Positions 53,494 to 64,000 of a stretch of 64,000 nt of DNA are shown piece after piece. Source of the stretch: Tubiluchus corallicola. Its lineage: Eukaryota; Animalia; Priapulida. The stretch is taken from positions 62,001 through 126,000 of the forward strand of contig JAQGDQ010000349.1 in assembly GCA_030141605.1 (NCBI GenBank). Reading direction: 5' to 3'. Positions within the stretch are counted from its first letter, which is position 1, and every line of letters begins with the position of its first letter. A program made the translations under genes and the position numbers. The notes beneath the pieces were generated by a model. The model did no database searches. It was not told the DNA's origin and saw nothing but the letters and a program-made list of their open reading frames with translations.

Positions 53494-53700
53494 GTGAGAG
53501 AGGGAGATTAGATTAGATTAGATTAGATTATTTCAGGATAGTGAGAGAGGGGGATTAGATTAATTTATTTCAGGATAAAAGCTAAACAAAAAACATAAAA
53601 CAATATCACACTACAATAAAAGTTGCAAATAAGCATTCGCAGCTATCGCGTTCGACGATTGTTATTTACGAACAGCTGTTATTGGGGAGAAAAGAAGAGA

Positions 53701-53790
<90 letters not shown>

Positions 53791-55305
53791 AGATTATACA
53801 TAATGCCAATTCAGAATAAATTTAAAATACATATACAACATCTCTAACAATATTTATATATGCCTGGCATACATCTTTTTCTCTTTTAGATAAATCTCGC
53901 TTATGTTGGCTGAGGGCAGAATTTGTCTTATATTCATTCGAAATTGATGGTCTACCAAATCACAGTCAAATATAATGTGTTCTGGTGTTTGAGGAGTTGC
54001 GTTATTACAGTGACAGCAATCTGCATTTTGTTCGCCTATTCTATACCGAAATGATTTAGTTCCTCTATTTAAACGTAAGTTTAATGCAGTTGTTTCTATA
54101 AGCCTTTCGTAATGCGTTAGTGGTAGACACAGTGGCGTTAACATAGGGGTAGGTCTATCTTGTGGTAAATTTGCTATTTGGGTACAATAATAAAATCTTC
54201 TTTCCCATTGGGTTGTTAAAAATTTCGAGCCATCCTTTTTCCTATAAATAAAGTTTTCCCTCGGGAGATTTGACAATGTTTGATTTCTCATATTAATATT
54301 CTTTGTAATCTTCAAGAAAGATTTGGTAGTTGCCAGGTGAATTTTTACGGGATGCATACAATATCTAGCATTATTTGGCATGGTTTCACATATAGCAATT
54401 TCCTTCTTAAGTAGATCATTATCTGGATTGGCTAACACTTTTAACATAAATTTACTACATATGTTATCATACGTTATATCAATGGGAGGCACGCCACAAA
54501 TATGCTGGATTTCATTTTTGCTAGGATTGTAACCTACACCCGCTGCTGTTTTGACAACATCACACCACAGGTCTTCAAAATAACTATGCTTTTTGACCAC
54601 CCAGGCAACTGACCCATAGAAGACGGCAGGTACAACAATTGTTTCAAACAGCTTTAAAATGGTGGACATTTTCATACCTTTATACTTATAAGATAACTGT
54701 TTAATGTTGTGCCACTTTTTCCAAGCTTTTTGTCTAATTTTAGCTACATGTTTATCAAAACTCATTTGTTTGTCGACAGTTATTCCCAGACATTTAGTAT
54801 CATTTACATAACTTATCGACTTTTGCCCAATTTTTAGCGATGGTATGGTATTTTCATTTTCATTGCCAAATATAATAGCCTCAGTCTTGTCTACATCACA
54901 ATTTAAAATTTGCCTCCACTTTTGGCACCACTCGTACAATTTATCACAACATTGCTGTGCAATATCCTGACAGACCTGAGCAGAGACAGCAGAAATATAA
55001 ACTGTGCCATCATCGGCACATTTAAACTTAGCTAAGTTTTGATTAAAATCCAGTTCATTAAACATGTCTGCTATGTAGAATATAAACAATAAAGGGGACA
55101 AAACCGAGCCTTGGGGGACTCCTATATGGCATTGATATTCTGCTGATATAAATTCATTTACCTTCATCACAATTGTCCTATTTTTTAAAAAAAACTACAG
55201 ATTACATTCAGCAAGTTACCTTTGATACCAGACTGTATCAGTTTAAAAATTAAGCCATTTATCCACACACTGTCAAAGGCTTTCTGGAAATCGCAGAATA
55301 TCCCA
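53494..55305 (-). mobile_element. 5'-truncated non-LTR retrotransposon (RT + C-terminal CCHC), ORF 53854-55305 with one frameshift
   Basis: DFQKAFDSV, GVPQGSVLSPLLF, KCADD, KCLG, CCHC..TPEHIIFDC; 3'UTR with (TC)n, AATAAA and (TAATC)n tail. Confidence 0.93.
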
Positions 55306-56146
55306 GACAGAGAATAAGCAGATACAGAAAAATGTAAACTAGCGAACAAATAAGCAATAGAATGGGTTAAGAAGCAGCTGGATGTACAAAAACAAATGCA
55401 TTCGTTTTGACATGTCAAGCATAAATGTCATTGACCGGCTTACCCAGAATTACCGCATCATAGTATTAGGACCTATCACTAATCTAGCTTTATTGAATTG
55501 AAACAACAAAATTATGGCTTGGCAAAGTGGTGTCTTAAAACTCTTAATCTCGTCTTCTTTACTTCAATTAATTTCTCGGAGATTTATGCAAGAAGCAGGT
55601 GTTTTTCCCCTAAAACTGTCATAATGATGACTAATCCATCTCTGGGGCGCAGTGCTTTTTCATCAAAACTGTCATAGTAATGAATTATCCATCTATGGGG
55701 CACTAATAGCCAAATCTTTAATAGCGAAATCTAGTGTGTGTCACATCACGCAATCAATTTGATAGCTCAGCATGTACGAGTAATTAACGGCCACGTTTTG
55801 AGCTTATTACGTCATTAATATGTCCCCACTCAATCACAATTTACGAGGAAATAGCAATCTTGGACTTTCTGCTGTACTTTAGCCATAAGCTCAAGACGTA
55901 TATTGTATAATACGTCATTTTAACCATATTTTACTTTTATTATAGCATTATTTATAAAGTGCACAGTGATACAACTCTTAAATTATAATATAGTATTAAC
56001 TCTAGTACTGTTTAGCTGTTTCACATTTGTAAATTTCAGTTGTATGAACAGCAGACTGAATAACTCACTGATAGACAGATTGTTAGACAGGCTAGCAAAT
56101 AATTTCACAAACGTCGAAAATATGGGTATAAGGCGTAGTATGCGAA

Positions 56147-56602
56147 TAGGGTGTCTCAAAGGTCACCATACGCTTTAATTTTTAATTTTCCTTTCATATT
56201 TTCAGTTCTGGACAAACTCTCACGTGGATCAAAAGGGCAAATTTTCATGAGTTTCTTTGATCATCAACTGAAGTTCAGCAGAAATTCAGAGCACCATATG
56301 AACCACACTTCTCTCCTACTATTAACAATGTAGTTTTTCGCGGACTGTGAGAGGCTTTTTCAATGCAAAATCATCGACTTGCCATTGAATTGGTCTCTAA
56401 GTTCTTGAGGTTCTCGGAGAAGGTAGCGAAAACAGCAAAGCCTACCAGTGCAGTAGTTCTTTTCAGATGTTCGTCTAATTTGACTAAAATAATTGCAAAA
56501 GGTTTTAGTTACTCTGTACTAATTTTCAATCGTTTTGCTTCATTTGTTAACAAATATATATAGAAAATATGAAGTGTATAGTGACTTCTCGGGCGCCTTG
56601 TA
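56147..56602. mobile_element. Tc1/mariner-type MITE (diverged)
   Basis: TIRs AGGGTGTCTCAAAGGTCACCATACGC / AAGGCGCCCGAGAAGTCACTATACAC; TA at the right end. Confidence 0.55.
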
Positions 56603-58464
56603 TATTATCAGTTATGGATAGTTTGTATATTTGTATATAGATAACTCATCTCGCAGGCTGAAAGCGCTAGCAAATACTTTTAATGCTGTCTGACAAACAG
56701 CACAAATAAAAATTGAACCGGGTATAATGGGGCTACATAATTATAGCTAAAGCGTTTGCCAATTCACTACCTCTGCTAGTTCAGAAGATTAGCCTTGATA
56801 ATCACCTAAGTTCCAGTTCTGCTACAACTATCTATTTTAAGGATACACTGCTTTTGGGTGACGGATTGCATCAAACGGCTTGTATGAAACAGCTTGTAAA
56901 ATAAATTGAAAAGAGCTTGCAATGAGCCGAATTATATAAAATAGAAAAATAGGCGAATAAACAGACTGAAGAACTACCTAACCAATTTGTATTAAACTTT
57001 ACGTAATGTTTGTTACAAAATAAAGGTTCAACTCAACTCAGCTCAACTGAACTCATCTCAATAACAAGCGGAGAAACTGGCGTGAAGGTGACACTAGGAA
57101 CAGCATCTTCAAAGACTTTAACCTTCAAAGACTTTAAACGTCTTTAAGTTGTCACGGCCGTGTTGAAGCCCCATTTTATTGACAACTATAATCAGGCTCA
57201 TTCATTTGAATAGCACGCAAAATGATAGATTTAAATGCGAAACATGGGGGGAGAGAGAGAGAGAGAGAAGGAGATTGCTAGCCTGGATATCGAACGATGC
57301 TTCTAAAGTGTGTTGCTCAAGGGTCCAAGGGATGCTTTTGCCATACAATGAAATGCAATTTTTATTGTACAGCAGACCAAGTCCAGACCATAGACATTGC
57401 ATTAAAATAAGGCACCCATTGTTGCTTCACTCACTCACTCTTTCTGCGCATGTGTGGCATTTAAATCTATGACGTGTATAAAACTGGACGCAAAACGTAT
57501 AAAACTTCAAGTAAACGGACTGCCTTTAATAACCTAAGGTCTGTATGATGTACAATACGGAAAGAGTGATAGCCTTATAGGTCCAGTGATTTCTAGAGAC
57601 CACAGTAGGTGGCGCTACCCCACTTACAGGAAGCGTCGTTATAGTTAAACTTTTGACTAAAAAATGAAACGTCAAGAGCGAGTTTGTAAAATTTGTTTGT
57701 TCTGCATTCTCATAGAATATTAACATTAAGAAAACTGTAGAAAGGTTCGGCTTTACATTCGTCTTTAATGCTGATGATAACACACTCTTCAAGATATTAC
57801 TGCCAAAAAAATGGCAGCTGAATGTTTCACTAAATTGCACAATGACAGTTATGCCAAATGTAAGACAGTATTACAACTTTCCTTTGTTCCAGCGCTTTAC
57901 CCGCCATGCATAACAAATCTGAAATTTGAACAAAGTGCAGAATAACCAAGCGCAGGTTTCTAGTAGGTCACATCATTCACATTAAGCCAAAGCTTCAGAC
58001 AGCTCACTTGAAATTATCTTCCATAAGTGTCAGTAAGAATTGCATTTTACGTTTACACTACATTAAAACTTTTTTATTGTGGATTTTTGCAACAACACCT
58101 AAGAATAATGCAAGTACATATATTCTTTATATATATATGTACATATATTCTAGTAGCTTTCCTCTTTGTGGGAAGCTAATATCACAGATATACATTAAAG
58201 CAAGCAGCCTACAAAACAATTTGCAATGAATAGTGACAAGTAGTTGAAAATAATGACTTATCATTGACAGGTCCATGTACGACAGGCGCACAACACTCGC
58301 ACACTTAGTAAGCCCACACTTGCAAAAATTTCATTTTCAGTCTGCTGCTTGAAGCGTGACTCACGTTGAGTGACATTACTCATTTGAAACGTTTCAAATA
58401 AAACTGCAAAACTGCTCGGTATTCTTAGTCTTACCGATAACATATTAAATTTTGCATTAGTTAC

Positions 58465-58548
58465 CTTTGTGGGAATGATTGCTGTGCGGCGAATGAGAGC
58501 TGAAGCTGGGGGAGGTCCATCAAGCTCACTGTCATTCGACTGTTTCCT
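58465..58548 (-). CDS. probable upstream exon (phase 2->2: GNSRMTVSLMDLPQLQLSFAAQQSFPQ)
   Basis: strong ctttctttcag acceptor and AAG|gtaact donor; its phase-2 frame joins the 47545 acceptor. Confidence 0.6.
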
Positions 58549-59500
58549 CTGAAAGAAAGCAAAATTAATGTTAGATGAAATTAAACTTTATTTTGGGAAA
58601 TGACCAAAGCAAACTGCGTGTGCAGCTTAACCCGGAGAAAAGAAAGAATGGAAGGATAAAAGTTGCAAAGGTCAAGAAAAGCAAAAATGGAAGAAAAAAT
58701 GAAGAACGGGAAACAAGGAGACGAACAAAAGAAGAAAACTGTGAGAGAAAAGACTGAAAGAAAGAAGGAAAACAAAGTAGAAAGGAATGAAAGAAGGAGA
58801 AAGAACATAAGACAAAGGGAAAAATAAAGAAAATCAAAAAGAAAAGGTCGAGGGAAAAGGGAGAAAAAGGAGCAGAAGAAAGAAACTGAGAAACTACAAA
58901 GAAACGTGCCATAAAGAATCAAAACACAAGAGAGGACATTTCTCTACGAGAAAAGTTTAAAACACAAGAAAATATTCTTCACGAATGAAGCTTAAAAGTC
59001 GTATTTAAATTTAATATCACACATGGCGTCTTATTGCATGCAGGGATTGCGTTAGCAGTAGCGCTGTATAACGCTGTGTAAACTCCCGCGATAATCATTT
59101 GACGCATCCATTTTAATGGTGAGTCGTTTGAAGCCAGTACAGATAACATTATGTAAAGTTTGAAAAAATAATCAGAGCACATCCTTCGTTAACCAAGCAT
59201 AAGTTTAAATTATTTTATTTTGCCAGTAAAATCGATAATGTGTCTTATGTGAATGAGTGCAGCACACTGAGATGGAGATGCAGTGACTTTTTACCAGGTG
59301 AAGCGAACATTTTAAATATTAAGAATTTTCTTTTTCAGTTACACAAGTCTTTCAAACACGTAAGCGTAATGCTAAGTAATATAACTTTGTATAGAAAGTT
59401 TTTTTTTTGATAAACTTCAAAATTCCCTTTTCTTCAATTTTTAATGTTCCCGTTTGTTCCCCCTTTAATGGGCTAAGTTGTTTACCTTATACACGCATAA

Positions 59501-59983
<483 letters not shown>

Positions 59984-60171
59984 CACTCCCCCCCCTCAGT
60001 GCACGCAAGGCTTTATGCACTGCAGCCAAACACAGGTTATTGGGTCTACAGTACTGCAGGCTAACATAAGGTTTATTTTATTCAGGCCCCTAATCCTACA
60101 GTTCTACTAAATCGCAGTTAACGTGACAATTAATCATATTAGCATTAATTCTATGCCTATGCGTGTTTTAC

Positions 60172-60235
60172 ATGGTTGAAGCAGCATTGTCAAGCCACTG
60201 GGCACTGAAGCTTCTGAAGCCACTCTGTGTATCTC
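60172..60235 (-). CDS. possible upstream exon (phase 1->2: GDTQSGFRSFSAQWLDNAAST)
   Basis: tgtttcag acceptor, weaker gtaaaa donor; phase fits the 58548 exon. Confidence 0.45.
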
Positions 60236-60672
60236 CTGAAACATTTATGTGTACATCGGGAAAGTACAAATTTTGAAGTTTAAAGTCACATGTATATATT
60301 GAAGAATTGTTTTCAACAATTATCACTATTATGTCAACTTTGTCCAAGTGCTTCACGCTACTCACAGCTTACGTTGATGAACGTTGCCAGTTCAGCGTCT
60401 CCTCGTAGATAATTAGCCCTAATAATGAAAGCAGGTTCCAGTCACGCTACAACCATCTATATTTTAGTTAGTTCTAGCCACTGAGTGATGGAGTACGGCT
60501 TGCAGTGCATGTGCTGAAGGACAATGGTAGTTCTGTGTTGTGCTAACGGCACATAATGAACATTTTAGTTTAGCTCTTTTAAATTTGTTGTATTACAACC
60601 TTTAGGTATAGTCACTTGACTTGCCTGACCTGATTTACCGGTCTGTGCTTACAATACTTATACGTAGATTAT

Positions 60673-60801
<129 letters not shown>

Positions 60802-63800
60802 TTAAATTTTGTTGAAAACATAATAGTTGCTGTTCTTGTTATCCAGGATGCCATTTTAGTCACCAAATTGTAAGTTTTGCTAATTCAGATACTATTACCT
60901 CTCTTTTGTAAATTAATATAAGAATCGACTATTTTATGCTATAAATTAGAAACAGATTAGGCGATCCGTTTCTAATTTTCGTTTCCGTTTCCGGGATGCA
61001 CATCATATGTTTGTTAAACTGCTGTAATTTCCTATTTTCGCCCGTTATTTCTCCATTACGGTTTGGAACCACCTTTTTATACCGAATATTAATTTCAGGT
61101 TTATCGCACCAGGTGGTGCAGATGTTGGCTTTTTCTTTTGGATGTTTTATTTTGGAGCATGCACACTATGCACTGTGCACAGTTTGAATTCGTAAGACTA
61201 ATTGCACGAACAATCTTGGAAATGTCAGTTTTAAAGTATGTCACAAAAAACTATACACACAAGGTTAAATTGTGCATAAATTGTCTTTCAAGCATTACAC
61301 TTAACTGCTTGAAAGACGTATATAACTAGAAAAGAACATTCCTGGCAATTTAAAATTGTTGAGAAGATACAGTAATTTCTACTTTCGGTTAGTTAGTGAA
61401 ACTATTAACGCTCTGATAATTTTTTCAAATTTTACGCAAAGTTACCTAAATGTGTACGTGTTTCAGATGACCTACTGTCAGAATGACCTACGGTCATCAC
61501 GAGAGTTTAAATATTCAAGTTTCAAACAGCGTTACTGTTGACACAAGCTGTACGCGCAAAAACGCAGTACGTGGGTGATAAAAAACTTCAATATGCTTTT
61601 TGTAAGTGAAGGGCTTTGTTATGCTTTATGAAAGTACATAAAATTCTTAAATAGCATTTGTCAATGGTTCTGATGAAACTTTATTAATCGTTAAATACTT
61701 TAAACGTTTGTAGGTTAAGAATTTTGACTTTATTCTCGCTTAACTCTACGATCCTTTGAATAAAAACCAGTCGCAACATCATTGAAAAACCAGCCGTAAA
61801 GCCTTAATTCTACTAGTCTCTTTACAGGATTTGCATTTCAGAAACCATGGAATTTGCCTTCTCAGACGGTGTATACTGATGGATAAATTTACAGGCAGAG
61901 AGAGTGTGGGAAACGAGATATGTAAATGTCAAATATGCACGCTTTTCCGCGTAGTATTTAAGTTTTTAAGTTTGTGCAGTTTCATGAAGTTCTGATCACT
62001 GCATTAGTGTGCATATTTAACTGCAAGCACGTATCTAGTAGGTAATTTTGCCTTCAGCCAAAGAGAAAGGCAGAAAGCCAGAATTTTAATTGTTGTTGTT
62101 GTTCGTGTATGATGTACAGTGTGATAATGTTGTTGTTGCAGCTATGGCCATTATTATCGTCGTCATCAGTGTCGCCGCTGCCAATGATGTGGTGTGGTGT
62201 TGTTTGAGTCCGCCCTTAACATTAACGCTATATAAGCTTCCATCTATTGCTTGCTGCTACAGGCTTTAGCGCAGCATTACCAGAATACATCGAGAGCATA
62301 CCCCTACGCCGCCATAGACAACGCCTTTAATTTCGCTGTCAACAAATATGTCACCAATAACGTGCGTCTCTTTGTATAAGGGGCCGTGTAGTCCATTTGT
62401 CACGGAGTTGGGCTTCGGCGTTGTAATACAAAGATTCTTCATTCAAATCAAATAAATTTCCTTCTTCTCAGGAAAAAATGTTTGAAACATTTAATATTTG
62501 CTGATTACAGACAACTGACTTTGTCAGGATCAAAGCTAGGCGTGCCATTGCTAACACATTGCATTCTTTTCTATTTACGTAAAATAACTGCCCAAATTCC
62601 ACGCTAGAATTAGCACCTACCTAGCGGGAAGATTTGAAATAAGAAGCTCTGAGGATATGAATGATCTTAATATAGTAATATTCAATTGTAGCGCTGACGT
62701 ACAGTATCAGGTGCTAATAATAAGCTTCATTACTGTAAGCATATACTTTCTGACTTGATAAGGAGAAAAGTTTATAGTGTGATCTCATGCTCTAAATACT
62801 TTTTGCCTCTGGTTTTAATGCGATTTTCATGTACAAAATGCACCTGCGCAAAGCAAAACCGACTGTATAACCGCGACAACAATTTGTCAAGAACAGCTAA
62901 ATCAAATGTGCCTAAAACATAATTTTTGTTGCTCTCACTCAAGCTACTAAAATGAGCGCTCTTGAAAAGTTCCGGCACTTATGCCTCGCCGGTTAATTTG
63001 AGTCCAAGGAGGTAGGTGTTTGTTACTGAAAGTTAGCCGAATTTGAAGAATAACATTCAATATCGCAAAAGGGTTTAGAGCAGTTCAATAATAACTTACT
63101 TTAGTGTCCTCAGTAAAACTACTCCAATGAATAAATTCTGTACTGCCGTAAAAAGCACTATGCAACCTTAAAAACTGGCTATTCTCAAGACCTTACAAGT
63201 TTCACAACAAATTTGCAAACTTATCAGATTACGAATTCCAGTTTTCGAGTAATTAATATGCCTGAGAGTTTAGTGAAAAGAACTATCAAACCACCGCGTT
63301 CGAAAATTAACTTAAATATGACACCAAGAACTTGTTTCCAAAAAAAATTGCATGACAACATGGACGCACTTTAATGATTATAATTTAATGACTAAAAGTT
63401 GCACATAATGTTAAACATACTTTGATATATTGGGTTGTAAGTGCACATACGGTTTATATAATAGATTTCACAAGCCACAACAGTGAAAACAATATTTGTA
63501 AAAGTATTATCAGTGCTGATGCAAGATTTCCCCCTCACAATAGAGATATATGGCATAAAATACTGTACAGATCAAGTAATAACCTCTGCATACTTGGAGA
63601 TGCATGTTTTTAGGTCCCTGCTTGGATATACTTGAAATTTTTTTCTTAGTGAAATTTTGTAATTTTTATGTGATTTATTGTTGTTATTGTTTATTCGGCA
63701 ATATATATATAAACACTATGTTTGAAATAAAGTGTTAAATCAAATCTATCAAATTTCTTGATTAAAAAGGTGCCTACAGACTCTCACGGAAAATGATCAA

Positions 63801-64000
63801 CCGCAGGTGAAAGTTGATCCAGTAGACGTGGGAACGTGATTATTTTTGTACACGACCTCAATTCTGTATACTGCATTCTGTAAATTGTTGCTACTTTATG
63901 TGAAAGGTAGTAAGTGCAAAAACCGTCTTTGAGAAAACTGTTTTGTCTAAATGACAACGATTCTTTTTATTTTACTCTCTATTTAATTTTTTCACCGTTC

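Overview
AT-rich, intron-rich eukaryotic (invertebrate-like) genomic DNA with many microsatellites. The main feature is one multi-exon minus-strand gene for a PLEKHG7-like RhoGEF (DH+PH). I assembled by hand 15 phase-consistent GT-AG exons from 47545 down to the stop at 26931 (595 full codons plus stop). Plausible further 5' exons lie at 51.5, 58.5 and 60.2 kb, and the start codon is unresolved. The rest is a transposon landscape: several decayed or 5'-truncated non-LTR retrotransposons, hAT- and Tc1-type MITEs with TSDs, Helentron/HINE-like elements (two forming a ~380-bp inverted repeat), tRNA- and 5S-derived SINE-like heads, a 37-bp minisatellite and many local duplications. I see no clear novel multi-gene system. 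The best leads are splicing oddities in the RhoGEF (a recursive-splice-type AG|GTGAGT exon, a duplicated poison donor, an intronic CT/GA fold-back), a tRNA/5S chimeric SINE head, microsatellite-interleaved LINE tails, CTCF-like sites and a frameshifted Ly6/three-finger-like exon. Family assignments are from memory of motifs; no database search was run.
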